DNA of 39,986 nucleotides from Candidatus Spechtbacterales bacterium (GCA_040902285.1 JBBDXP010000009.1:1-39986), one strand, 5' to 3'; positions 18,746 through 27,879 are shown, numbered from the stretch's first letter. Numbers and translations are program-made. Notes: a model not told the origin generated them from the letters alone.

Positions 18746-18830
18746 GCCCTCGTGGTGGAACTGGCAGACACGCCAGCTTTAGGAGCTGGTGCCGCAAGGT
18801 GTGCAGGTTCGAATCCTGCCGAGGGCACCA
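18746..18830 (+). tRNA. tRNA-Leu(TAG), type II, CCA encoded
   Basis: gccctcg/cgagggc acceptor, anticodon stem ccagc/gctgg with loop tttagga, long variable arm, T-loop ttcgaat, 3' a-cca. Confidence 0.85.
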
Positions 18831-18861
18831 ATAATCGCCTCATCGTTATGAGGCGATTATA

Positions 18862-18896
18862 AAAAAACGGCTCATATGCGTGAGCCGTTTTTTTGT
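18862..18896. terminator. Bidirectional Rho-independent terminator, preceded by a 13-bp perfect hairpin (18831-18859)
   Basis: aaaaaaacggctca-tatgcg-tgagccgttttttt, directly after ataatcgcctcat-cgtt-atgaggcgattat. Confidence 0.7.
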
Positions 18897-20615
18897 TTAT
18901 TCCAAGGGATTTCTGTTTACCGGATACAACGCAGGCGACTTATAGTTTGAATAAAATGTCTTATCTATCATTGTGTTTCCGTTTTTATCCAACACTGTTT
19001 GATTAAGCCAAGCTTTAACTGCGCCATTGGACTGCCTATCGTATGTGTATGGGCCATCTAAAGTCACCTGCCTGCCATCATCCTGCCCATAAATTTCGAA
19101 TATAAGTTTTGTTCCAACTATTTGGTGCTGTATAAGAATATAGCCGGGAGTATTGTTTATAAATTTAAGATCCGGATTAGGCGGGTATATTGTCGCGTCA
19201 AATCCGGGTATTCCGTAGTAAACAACAGGGTATGAGTGATTGTACCTTTCGCTAATTTTGAGTCCGCTGTAGAGTGCCGCCCTAAAAAGCGTTGTTGATA
19301 CCTGGCACAATCCGCCTCCGTATTCGGGTACAGTGCTGTTTTGTTTTATTACCAATTCCGGCAAATATCCCGTAGCCGCGTTTACCGGTCCCAAATTTTC
19401 ATTAAAAGAAAACTCTTCCCCGGGAGCTATAAGCAGACCTTGGTATTTATCCGAGCCAACACTTATATTGTGTTTTCTTGAGGAAGGCGAGCCGGCAAAA
19501 TCGCTCTCACCTCTTCCAATAAGCGTGTTTATGCCCAAATTATCGATACTATCGCTTGTTATCTGGGGAAGCGTTTCTTCAAACACAAGAACGCTTGTAA
19601 AAACACCTTTGTCTAAGTTTTCTTTTATAAGTTCCGCGCTTTTTTCCACATTAAGCGATTGTCCCGCTTTCGCCAAAGAGAATGCTTCCACTTTTTCATT
19701 TTTTAATGAAAATCTGGCGTTAACCGGCTCTGTTTGCAGTCCGGGAGCAAATTGCAAAAGATAATCTTCTATGTTTTTTATTGAAAGAAACGCCCTTAGG
19801 ATATATTTTTGTGTGACATTATCCCGTTCAGGCCTGAAACCTATCCACGAGGCAATATCGTCTTTTTCCACTTCCCATTTTTTATCAAGCGCTTCTATCA
19901 TATACGGACCGCCTTCAATAATATTTTCAGCCGAACTTTTTGCCTCAAATGCGTCTTTACTCCGGAGCAGAGGAATATCTTCGCGCTGGGACACGACAAT
20001 GTCTTTATTCGACATATTTTGAGAGCGCGAAATAACATTATTAAAAAATTCTTCCAATACCACAACTCTTCCCTCTGTGGCTTCAACTTGTTCAAACTCT
20101 TTCGTGGTAGGGTTGTATTTAAAGTTAAAATTCTGCGCGGGTCTGTGTATGGGAGATAAAGTGTTTGTGACAAAAGAGGAAAAGCGTTCTTTATCCATTT
20201 CTATATGCATGGGTTCTTTAATTCCTAAAAACAATGCCCGTGTTTGTTCGGCAAGCTTTTTCGGCAAACTTCCGCGCCTTCCGTGTTTGTAAGCATTATC
20301 TAAAGTTTTTTCTATGTTGAAGCTGATCCCCATTTGTTGTGGAGTTGTTTTTATTTCATATCCATCGGTTGTTTTTATACTTATTTCGCTGTTTTTAAAT
20401 TCTTCCACTTTTTGTTCCAGCAGGGTGAAAGCGTTTTCGTAAGGCATTTTGCCCACATCAACAGACGCTACAAAGATTCCCTGTATTGCTTTGTCTTCAC
20501 TGTTCAATAAAGCCGGCGCGGTAAATAAAACAGACCCCGCGAGAAAAACAGGAACAGATATCATTAAAAAGCGTTCCATGTTACGCGTTAAAGGTATGTG
20601 AAACTCTATATGCAT
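18897..20615 (-). CDS. VanW-family (YoaR-like) membrane-anchored protein
   Basis: The C-terminal VanW domain is present (…GGGLCQVSTTLFRAALYSGLKISERYNHSYPVVYYG…), with an N-terminal TM helix. The start could be the internal Met (MERFL, 20579). Confidence 0.75.
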   Translation of the reverse strand: MHIEFHIPLTRNMERFLMISVPVFLAGSVLFTAPALLNSEDKAIQGIFVASVDVGKMPYENAFTLLEQKVEEFKNSEISIKTTDGYEIKTTPQQMGISFNIEKTLDNAYKHGRRGSLPKKLAEQTRALFLGIKEPMHIEMDKERFSSFVTNTLSPIHRPAQNFNFKYNPTTKEFEQVEATEGRVVVLEEFFNNVISRSQNMSNKDIVVSQREDIPLLRSKDAFEAKSSAENIIEGGPYMIEALDKKWEVEKDDIASWIGFRPERDNVTQKYILRAFLSIKNIEDYLLQFAPGLQTEPVNARFSLKNEKVEAFSLAKAGQSLNVEKSAELIKENLDKGVFTSVLVFEETLPQITSDSIDNLGINTLIGRGESDFAGSPSSRKHNISVGSDKYQGLLIAPGEEFSFNENLGPVNAATGYLPELVIKQNSTVPEYGGGLCQVSTTLFRAALYSGLKISERYNHSYPVVYYGIPGFDATIYPPNPDLKFINNTPGYILIQHQIVGTKLIFEIYGQDDGRQVTLDGPYTYDRQSNGAVKAWLNQTVLDKNGNTMIDKTFYSNYKSPALYPVNRNPLE

Positions 20616-20671
20616 TGTATCGGCACTTTATTAATTAGTAAGTTCTTGGTTTGCCGGAAAATTATCTTATC

Positions 20672-21307
20672 CTACGCCGGTTTAACTTTTAGTTTTTTCT
20701 CGAAAGTTTTTGATATTTTGGGCAACCGTATTGTCAGTACCCCGTTTTTCAAAGTCGCATCAGCTTTGTCGGCATCTATTTCTGTGGGAAGTATTATTGA
20801 GCGGGCGAATGCCCCCCAGTATAATTCCTGATAAAAATAATCATCGTCAGAAACTTTTTCATCCTTGCTGCGTTCTCCTCGTATGGTTACCGAATCGGAG
20901 GTGATATTTATATCAAGGTCTTCCGGTTCTACTCCCGCAATGGTTGATTTTACGACTATTTCATCCGGGGTTTCGTGTACATCAATGGTGAGCCGGCCTT
21001 CTTCCGACTCGCTCTCCCGTTTTGAAACTCTGCTTTTGGTTTTTTGTTTTTGCGCGACTCGCGCCGAAGCCAAAGTTGTTTCAATGCCGCCCATTTCTTC
21101 TTCCTCTCCCATATTTTCCATATCTTCGTTTTCAGCATCGGAATCCATGGCTTCCTCCAGTTCTTCTGGAGTTAACCTTTCAAACCTGTCTTCGTCTTCT
21201 GTGTATTCGTCTTGGTTCATGTTTTGATTTTCCATGGGTTCGTATTGTTCGTCTTCTAATTTTAAACTTTTTCCTAATTTTTCTAAAAAAGATTTTTTGT
21301 TTTCCAT
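20672..21307 (-). CDS. Hsp20/alpha-crystallin family small heat-shock protein with acidic N-terminal extension
   Basis: The C-terminal ACD shows …VHETPDEIVVKSTIAGVEPEDLDINI…IDADKADATLKNGVLTIRLPK. The N-terminal ~100 aa are E/D-rich. Confidence 0.8.
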   Translation of the reverse strand: MENKKSFLEKLGKSLKLEDEQYEPMENQNMNQDEYTEDEDRFERLTPEELEEAMDSDAENEDMENMGEEEEMGGIETTLASARVAQKQKTKSRVSKRESESEEGRLTIDVHETPDEIVVKSTIAGVEPEDLDINITSDSVTIRGERSKDEKVSDDDYFYQELYWGAFARSIILPTEIDADKADATLKNGVLTIRLPKISKTFEKKLKVKPA

Positions 21308-21340
21308 ATTTATATTTTATTCAAGAAAACCGGCAGATAT

Positions 21341-22105
21341 TTAAACATCCTCTTTATTCGAAACGGAAAACTTGCTACTCGCCAGTTTATTCAAGCTCAC
21401 AATTACCACTATACCAGAAATTATCAAAAGAGAGGATAGTAAAAATAAATTCAAGCTGCTACCCGTTCCTTCTCCTTGTTCCACCTGCTTTACTATATCC
21501 ATTATAAAACTGTTGTAGATTCCGTGCAACAAGGTTGCAAGAGCCAGTCCTGTGAATAAAAATTTTTTTCCTTCTTTTTTGTGTTCCATAGAAAGGGCGA
21601 TAAAGTAGCCCACGGTTCCCGAAGCCGCCACATGCAGAAATGTGGCGGATATTCCGCGGAAAGCTATGGTGCTGAATAGTTCCGGAAAATTTTCAGCGAA
21701 GCGATGAGCATAAAACATATTCTCTATACCCGCGAATCCCAAAGCCGCCGCTACCATGTATATTACCGCGTCCTGGGGTTCGTCGAAAAAATATCTCTTC
21801 ATGGCCTTAAATCTTACTACCGCGTATTTTCCAAATTCCTCCACAAAAGCCACCCCTATGAAAGAAAATGCGGCAAACAGAGCTGCTGAAGCGGCGTAGT
21901 ACTCGGATAAAGTAAAATCCGCCATGCCCTCAACCAGAGCCACGGGTATGGCGATTAATATGCCCCACGCAAATATTTCCATCAGGTTTCTGAACTTTTC
22001 CCTGTGTTTTTTCTGGAACGCGAAAAAAACAAGCCATATTATGCTTGGCACAAAAGCCAGAGGTAAGCCCAACAAACATTCGCCCGTGCACATTGCGTTT
22101 AACAT
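21341..22105 (-). CDS. PrsW-family intramembrane metalloprotease
   Basis: Polytopic membrane protein with the EEFGK motif, the FAGIENMFYA motif and a conserved His, matching the PrsW signature. Confidence 0.65.
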   Translation of the reverse strand: MLNAMCTGECLLGLPLAFVPSIIWLVFFAFQKKHREKFRNLMEIFAWGILIAIPVALVEGMADFTLSEYYAASAALFAAFSFIGVAFVEEFGKYAVVRFKAMKRYFFDEPQDAVIYMVAAALGFAGIENMFYAHRFAENFPELFSTIAFRGISATFLHVAASGTVGYFIALSMEHKKEGKKFLFTGLALATLLHGIYNSFIMDIVKQVEQGEGTGSSLNLFLLSSLLIISGIVVIVSLNKLASSKFSVSNKEDV

Positions 22106-22119
22106 ATCTTTATTGATTT

Positions 22120-24297
22120 TTATTTATTCTTTTTCGCGTTACCGGACGGCCATTCTTCCACCAGAAGCAATTTTTTATTTTTTAAAGGCAGGTGTCCGTA
22201 CAACTCTTCTGTAACAAACGGAGCGAACGGATGCAGGATTTTAAGGGTTTGTCCCCACACGTGTATAAGCATGCTTAGGCGAGTTATTTTATTTTTTTCG
22301 TTTTCTCCCGTTATGACGGACTTTGAATTTTCAAGGACTTTATCGGCGAATGTATGCCATGCGTAATGGTATGCGGTTTCGGCGGCATTCCAATATTCAT
22401 ATTTTTCGATAAAATCGGTAACTTTTTTCGCGGTCTTATCAAATTCCGCGAGAATTTTTTTGTCCGTCGCATCATATTCCGGAGAAAGGGGAAGTTTATT
22501 GTCTTTTGAATTGAGCAGTAAAAATCTTGTCACATTCCAAAGTTTTGTTGAAAAATTGCGGTATCCTCTTATTTTTTCTTCGCTTATTACAGGGTCTTTT
22601 CCTATGGAGTTTCCCACTATAAGAGCCATGCGAAGCGCGTCGGCTCCGTACTCTTCAACCGTGCCCAGAGGATCTATCACATTTCCTTTCGATTTGCTCA
22701 TCTTTTGTCTGTCCTTATCTCGGACAAGCCCGTGCAGATATACTGTCTTAAAAGGTACCTTGCCGGTTTTGTATAATCCGAGCATAATTTGCCGCGCGAC
22801 CCAAAAAAACAGAATATCGTAACCCGTTTCCATTATATCTGTGGGATAAAAAGTTTTAAAATCTTTTCCCTTGGGCCAGTCCAGTGTGGCAAAAGGCCAT
22901 TGTCCCGAAGAAAACCATGTGTCAAATACATCCGGATCGCGCTCTAATTTTGTGTTCTCACACTCAGGGCATTTCTCGGGCTTTTCACCGTCTGTAATTA
23001 TCCATTTTTCATTTTCATTTGTGGAAGTACACGAAACGCATTTCCAGGCAGGTATTTCTATTCCCCACCAGTTTTGGCGGGATATGTTCCAATCCTTTAT
23101 ATTAAGCATCCAGTGCAAATAAACTTTTCTCTGGCTGGGCGGCATTATTTTTATTTTACCCTTTTTAACCGCGTCTACCGCGGGTGAGGTAAGGGGTTTT
23201 ATGTCCACAAACCATTGTTTCATTAGCATTGGCTCTATGGTATTTTCACATTTATAGCACACAGATACCGCGTGCTTGTATGCTTCGGTTTTTTTGAGCA
23301 ATCCTCGTTTTTGCAGGTCATATGCCACGGCCTCGCGAGCTTCCAATATTTTCATTCCCTTATACTTCCCGGTTTTTTCGTTAAGCCGTCCGTCTTTACC
23401 TATTGTTTGTATGGGGGCGCCGATATCCTTTTTATGGCGCAACCACATTTCATAGTCGGCGGCGTCATGCGCGGGAGTTATTTTTAGCGCCCCCGTTCCG
23501 AATTTGGGATCTACTTCTTTGTCCGCCACAACCCTCAGTTTGCGTTTTTCTATGATAAGATCTGCTTCTATTTCTTTTCCTATGTATTTTTTATATCTTT
23601 TGTCGTTTGGATTTACGGCAACTGCCGTATCTCCGAAGATGGTTTCCGGCCTTACCGTGGCTACTTCTACGGGCCCGTATTTTATAAAATACAGCGTATC
23701 GTCTTGTTCTTTATGTTTTATTTCCAATTCGCTAAAGGCCGTCTGATGTTTTACGCAATAATTTATTAGCCGCTCATCGCGGTATATAAGCCCTGCGCCG
23801 TGCATGTCTTTAAAGGTCTTATAGACGGTTTTTATTATCTTGGCGTCAAGGGTAAAAGTTTCTCGGCTCCAGTCGCAACTGGAGCCAAGCTTTTTAAGTT
23901 GATTTCTGACGGTATCCCGGTTTTTTTGAGTATAATCCCAAACTTCTTTGTAAAATTCTTCTCTGGACATTTCCAGACGGCTGCGCCCCTGCTTTTGCAA
24001 TTTTTTTTCATACACAATCTGTGTTTCAAATCCCGCATGGTCCATTCCGGGTAGCCATAGCGCTTTTTTTCCGCGCATGCGGGCATAGCGCGTCATTGTG
24101 TCTTCCAAAGACACAAACAAGGCATGTCCTATATGTAGAGGGTCATTCGCGTTTGGCGGAGGCATTAGTATGCAAAACGGCTCTTTGTGGCGCGCGGGCA
24201 GTTTGTCGGGGTTAAAATATCCGCTTTTTTCCCATTCTTTATAAATTAGAGGTTCTAATTTTTTGTGGTCAAATCTTTTGGGAAGCTCTTTTTGCAT
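22120..24297 (-). CDS. valS: Valine--tRNA ligase (short form, 725 aa, lacks C-terminal coiled-coil)
   Basis: PPPNANDPLHIGHA (HIGH) and KMSKSKGNVIDP motifs. The WFSSGQWPFATLDWP block matches ValRS. A CxxC…CxxC zinc knuckle is present. Confidence 0.8.
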   Translation of the reverse strand: MQKELPKRFDHKKLEPLIYKEWEKSGYFNPDKLPARHKEPFCILMPPPNANDPLHIGHALFVSLEDTMTRYARMRGKKALWLPGMDHAGFETQIVYEKKLQKQGRSRLEMSREEFYKEVWDYTQKNRDTVRNQLKKLGSSCDWSRETFTLDAKIIKTVYKTFKDMHGAGLIYRDERLINYCVKHQTAFSELEIKHKEQDDTLYFIKYGPVEVATVRPETIFGDTAVAVNPNDKRYKKYIGKEIEADLIIEKRKLRVVADKEVDPKFGTGALKITPAHDAADYEMWLRHKKDIGAPIQTIGKDGRLNEKTGKYKGMKILEAREAVAYDLQKRGLLKKTEAYKHAVSVCYKCENTIEPMLMKQWFVDIKPLTSPAVDAVKKGKIKIMPPSQRKVYLHWMLNIKDWNISRQNWWGIEIPAWKCVSCTSTNENEKWIITDGEKPEKCPECENTKLERDPDVFDTWFSSGQWPFATLDWPKGKDFKTFYPTDIMETGYDILFFWVARQIMLGLYKTGKVPFKTVYLHGLVRDKDRQKMSKSKGNVIDPLGTVEEYGADALRMALIVGNSIGKDPVISEEKIRGYRNFSTKLWNVTRFLLLNSKDNKLPLSPEYDATDKKILAEFDKTAKKVTDFIEKYEYWNAAETAYHYAWHTFADKVLENSKSVITGENEKNKITRLSMLIHVWGQTLKILHPFAPFVTEELYGHLPLKNKKLLLVEEWPSGNAKKNK

Positions 24298-24326
24298 TAG
24301 TTTTATTATACACCAGGAGTTTGGTT

Positions 24327-25571
24327 CTAAAAATTTTCCGTTATTAATTTTCCACTTTCGGCTTCCATGTTTTTCCAGTCGGATTTTTCTCCCGCCAAGT
24401 GGCGCAAATATCCTGCGGCGGCTATCATAACCGCATTATCCGTAGACAATTTAATTCCCGGGAAAATGACGGATGTTCCGGGAACCTTTATAGGTATTTC
24501 TTTTTCAAAATTTTCTCTCAAAGTTTTGTTAGCGGCAACTCCGCCCGCCAATATAACTGTTTTTGCCTTATGGTCCTGAGCCGCTTTGGCTGTTTTGGAT
24601 ACAACAGAATCTATTACGGCTTTTTGGAAAGAGGCTGCTATATTTGCCGTTTGCTTAGTTTTTTCGTCTTCAGTCATTTTTTCAACAGTATATCGCACCG
24701 CGGTTTTTAATCCCGAAAAGCTGAAATTGTAATCTTTTGAATTAATCATTGGCCGTGGGAATTTGAAGGCCTCCGCATTGCCTTTTTGTGCCAATTTTTC
24801 TATTTCAGGTCCGCCCGGGAATCCAAGCCCCAGCAGGCGGGCCACTTTGTCAAATGCTTCTCCCGCGGCATCGTCCACCGTTTCTCCTAAAAGCTCGTAC
24901 TTTAGCCAATCCCTAACAAGTATTAATTGCGTGTGGCCTCCGGATATCGCCAGAGCAACAGCCGGAAATCGTATTTTGTTTGAAATTTGGGTTTTTGAAT
25001 TTGGGGCTTGTTTGGAAATTGAAAATTGGTCATTGGAAATTCCGTTATTCTCTGAAAGGAGAATAACGGCTATGTGTCCTTCCATGTGGTCTACGCCGAT
25101 TATTGGTATGTCCCACAGGCGCGACAGCGCGCGGGCGAAGTTTATGCCTACCCACAGCGCCGGTTCAAGCCCGGGCCCTTGCGTTACGGCTATCAAGTCG
25201 ATATCCGGCTTTTCAAGAGGAACAATCTTTTCTTTAAATTCGTTCGCTAAATCTTCATATCTTTCAAGTATTTCTTCTACATTTTGAATTTTGTCATTTG
25301 GAATTTGTTTGGAATTTGTTTCTTGGGATTTGGAATTCCCGTAATTTAATGAAAGTGTCTCGTAGAGCACTTTAACCAAATTACGGCTGTGTTCTCTTTT
25401 TGCCAGTCCGGGAACAACTCCTCCATATTCTTTATGCACGCTTAATTGCGATGAAATGACACTTTTATCTATTTTGTATTGAGGTTTTTCTAAAGACCCC
25501 GTGGCTTCAACAAGGGCAAGAGCGGTATCATCACAGGATGTTTCTATTCCCAATATTCTAATTGTTTTCAT
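24327..25571 (-). CDS. tsaD: tRNA N6-adenosine threonylcarbamoyltransferase TsaD (Kae1/YgjD) with two low-complexity insertions
   Basis: The MKTIRILGIETSCDDT N-terminus and the metal-binding His pair (DHMEGH) are present. The 414-aa length exceeds the usual ~340 because of N/S/K/Q-rich insertions encoded by the ggaatttg-type repeats at ~24950-25040 and ~25290-25340. The track ORF starts at an upstream TTG; the ATG at 25571 matches the family N-terminus. Confidence 0.8.
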   Translation of the reverse strand: MKTIRILGIETSCDDTALALVEATGSLEKPQYKIDKSVISSQLSVHKEYGGVVPGLAKREHSRNLVKVLYETLSLNYGNSKSQETNSKQIPNDKIQNVEEILERYEDLANEFKEKIVPLEKPDIDLIAVTQGPGLEPALWVGINFARALSRLWDIPIIGVDHMEGHIAVILLSENNGISNDQFSISKQAPNSKTQISNKIRFPAVALAISGGHTQLILVRDWLKYELLGETVDDAAGEAFDKVARLLGLGFPGGPEIEKLAQKGNAEAFKFPRPMINSKDYNFSFSGLKTAVRYTVEKMTEDEKTKQTANIAASFQKAVIDSVVSKTAKAAQDHKAKTVILAGGVAANKTLRENFEKEIPIKVPGTSVIFPGIKLSTDNAVMIAAAGYLRHLAGEKSDWKNMEAESGKLITENF

Positions 25572-25721
25572 TTTTTGTAGATTACTATATTGTTGTATGC
25601 TTAACAACTGAACAAAGTTGACTTATGACTATTTTTCAGTAAAATATATAGGTGGCACTGGTCCCATCGTCTTGCAGCCTGCTCTTTGTAATCCAAAATC
25701 AATTTGACGGAGCGAATTTTA

Positions 25722-25800
25722 AAAAGATTCGAGGCCTGAGGAGCGAAACGCACATATGTGCATGAGCGACGAAAACAAAGAATCTTTTTAAAATTCGCCC
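25722..25800. repeat. 19-bp perfect inverted repeat forming a long hairpin with a nested palindrome
   Basis: gcgaattttaaaaagattc (25725-25743) pairs with gaatctttttaaaattcgc (25778-25796). The loop contains gcacatatgtgc. Confidence 0.7.
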
Positions 25801-25832
25801 GCCCAACCCCAACTATGAATAATTAACTTTGC

Positions 25833-25907
25833 GGTCCCATCGTCTAGTCCGGCCTAGGACGCCAGGTTTTCATCCTGGTAACACGGGTTCGAATCCCGTT
25901 GGGACCG
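25833..25907 (+). tRNA. tRNA-Glu(TTC)
   Basis: ggtccca/tgggacc acceptor, 3-bp D stem gtc/gac with loop tagtccggcctag (the E. coli Glu-like architecture), anticodon loop ttttcat, T-loop ttcgaat. The tRNA is flanked by a perfect 15-nt complementary leader and trailer (aataattaactttgc / gcaaagttaattatt). Confidence 0.85.
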
Positions 25908-26055
25908 CAAAGTTAATTATTTGAGATTTTAGGGAAACAAAAAAGCACGCTATCTGCCGCGTTGCTCCTCCTCGAAATAGCGCTATTGCTATTATTCCTT
26001 CGTCGTTGCGCCTTGCATCTAGCATACTTTTTTGTTTTCAAATTGATTTTAGATT

Positions 26056-26131
26056 GCAAAGAGCAGGCTAAGGCCTAGGACGCCAGGTTTTCATCCTGGT
26101 AACACGGGTTCGAATCCCGTTGGCTCTGCCA
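26056..26131 (+). pseudogene. tRNA-Glu-like pseudogene: 52-nt exact copy of the tRNA-Glu 3' portion joined to a non-matching 5' side
   Basis: 26072-26123 is identical to 25850-25901 of tRNA-Glu. The acceptor 3' strand (tggctct-g-cca) does not pair with the upstream sequence. The inverted repeat caaagagcaggct (26057-26069) matches agcctgctctttg (25676-25688), which sits next to a 13-nt tRNA-Glu 5' fragment (25660-25672). Confidence 0.6.
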
Positions 26132-26145
26132 CTCATTAAGAATTT

Positions 26146-26169
26146 AAAAAGCGGCTTTTGCCGCTTTTT
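26146..26169 (+). terminator. Rho-independent terminator
   Basis: aaaaagcggc-tttt-gccgcttttt. Confidence 0.7.
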
Positions 26170-26244
26170 AAATTGACTTAAGCTACATTTTATAGCATCA
26201 TATCCTTAGAAAATTGTTCATTGACAAAAGAAAGGAGGTCAAGA

Positions 26245-27615
26245 ATGCCGCCGAAGAATTCCTTAAATTCTCAGCCGGAAGATTTTACGATTAAGCTTGC
26301 CGACGGCCTTCCTCCAAGATGGCAGAAATTTGAGGAAGAGATTAAAGGTATAGTTTTTGACCAGGAACGCCCGATACGAAAGGTAACACGCACTCTTATG
26401 GCCTTGGAAGCGGGACTGCATGATCCGCGCAGGCCTCCAGACCCATTTATATTTGCCGGTCCGCCCGGTTCAGGCAAGACATATCTTGCAGAAATCATAG
26501 CCAAGGTTTGGCTAGGCGAACCTAAGCGAGAAGGCGAGATTGGTCCTCTTATCGTTTTGTCGGGAGAAAACTTCGGCCGTGAGCATGAGGGCTCTACCCT
26601 AAAGGGCGCCCCGCCCAGCTATATCGGGTTTGGACAAAAAACTCCTTTGGAAGATACAGGTGTTTTTGACAAGATGAGGCGTTTGGAGAAATTGTGGGAA
26701 ATTGCTTTTGATTGGGAATATGAAATGGAGAAAAAAGGATTCCGTTCGTTGTCGCCGTCCGCGAGAGATGAGTTTTTTGAACGCGCCAAGAGAATGATGT
26801 ATAAAAAAGCCAAAAGTATGGGGCCGTATCGATCGGTATTGCTGGTTGATGAATTTGAAAAAATGCACATTTCGGTCCAAAAACAATTTCTTGGCATATT
26901 GTCCAGCGGCGGCTTAAAACTGCATTCCGGCAAGTTTGTTGATTTTAGGGGCACTCTTATAATATTTACCACCAACATAGGTTCCGAAGAAATCAACAAA
27001 CTGCTTGAAAACAGGGGAATCGGCTTTGTTTCCACAACTCTTAGCGGAAAATCTCAGGATCAGATAAACCAGCGCATCTATAAGACGACACGCTCAAGAA
27101 TAGAAAAAGATATAGATCCGGCACTCTTTAGCCGCATAGGACATGACGGCATAGTGGTATTCCACGCGCTTCCGAGAGAAACTCTTTCCAAGATACTGGA
27201 TTATGAGATTACCCGCGTGCAGGCAAAACTTTTGAGTGAGGATCTTGGCCCCGTTAGAATTTATGTTTCCGAAGAAGCCAAAGAATTGATATTGAATGGC
27301 GCTGATACTCCGCGCGAGGGAGCCCGGCAGATAGGGCGCCTTGTGACCAAATACATATCTGATCCGCTTGCGCGGGTAATAGAGTCAGATGAACTTAGAG
27401 GCGGGGATGAAGTGTTAATTGCCGTCGAAGGTTCTAAAATACAGCTTAGGCGGCTTCCAAGGCCTACTAGCCCGAAATTGCCACCCCTCCGGCGTCCGGC
27501 AAGAACAGGCGATATGGACACCTTGGAAAAAGAAATGTTTGATGATTTGACAAAAGAATTCAAAAATTTGCTCAAAGAAAAATACCCCATTGTAGCACCC
27601 GAAGAAGAAGATTAA
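26245..27615 (+). CDS. Single-module Clp/Hsp100 D2-type AAA+ ATPase
   Basis: An AAGGAGG RBS precedes the ATG. Walker A GPPGSGKT, KGAPPSYIGFG (matching the IGAPPGYVGY block of ClpA/B/C D2), Walker B LLVDEFEKMH, FVDFRGTLIIFTTNIGS, the VVFHALPRETLSKI sensor region and a GAR sensor-2 are all present. There is no N-domain, no D1 module and no ClpX zinc finger. Confidence 0.75.
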   Translation: MPPKNSLNSQPEDFTIKLADGLPPRWQKFEEEIKGIVFDQERPIRKVTRTLMALEAGLHDPRRPPDPFIFAGPPGSGKTYLAEIIAKVWLGEPKREGEIGPLIVLSGENFGREHEGSTLKGAPPSYIGFGQKTPLEDTGVFDKMRRLEKLWEIAFDWEYEMEKKGFRSLSPSARDEFFERAKRMMYKKAKSMGPYRSVLLVDEFEKMHISVQKQFLGILSSGGLKLHSGKFVDFRGTLIIFTTNIGSEEINKLLENRGIGFVSTTLSGKSQDQINQRIYKTTRSRIEKDIDPALFSRIGHDGIVVFHALPRETLSKILDYEITRVQAKLLSEDLGPVRIYVSEEAKELILNGADTPREGARQIGRLVTKYISDPLARVIESDELRGGDEVLIAVEGSKIQLRRLPRPTSPKLPPLRRPARTGDMDTLEKEMFDDLTKEFKNLLKEKYPIVAPEEED

Positions 27616-27623
27616 AGTTCCAC

Positions 27624-27656
27624 AATCCCGCTGATATACAAATTAGCGGGATTTTT
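27624..27656 (+). terminator. Rho-independent terminator
   Basis: aatcccgct-gatatacaaatt-agcgggatt followed by tttt. Confidence 0.7.
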
Positions 27657-27671
27657 ATTAACTCCTTCCAC

Positions 27672-27861
27672 CGAAAAGCCCCGATATTCTTCCCTCGAAC
27701 CGCGGTCCGATTTCTCCGGCGGAAATCGTCCGCTTCCTCTCAGCGCAAAATCCTTCGAAAACCGTATTTGCCTGTCAAGGTCCGTCCTTGACAGGCAAAT
27801 CTCAGGAACCAAGCTTTTGCGCTTCCGAGAGATTCGCGGATAAGAATATCGGAGCTTTTCG
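27672..27861. mobile_element. MITE-like ~190-bp non-coding element with 20-bp terminal inverted repeats (19/20 match) and a central perfect 15-bp palindrome
   Basis: TIR-L is cgaaaagccccgatattctt (27672-27691). TIR-R is aagaatatcggagcttttcg (27842-27861), whose reverse complement cgaaaagctccgatattctt matches TIR-L at 19 of 20 positions. The centre carries atttgcctgtcaagg-tccgt-ccttgacaggcaaat (27766-27800). The element is GC-rich relative to the genome. The homologous intergenic region upstream of the Lon-like gene (33231-33343) lacks it. Confidence 0.5.
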
Positions 27862-27879
27862 ACGAGCGGGGATGAGGGG

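Noticed and set aside
26221-26244. TTG start at 26221 for the Clp-type ATPase, and a TTG at 27929 for the ARC gene
   Set aside because: Both TTG codons lie inside the AAGGAGG ribosome-binding site. The ATG at 26245 and the GTG at 27947 sit at canonical spacing from that RBS.
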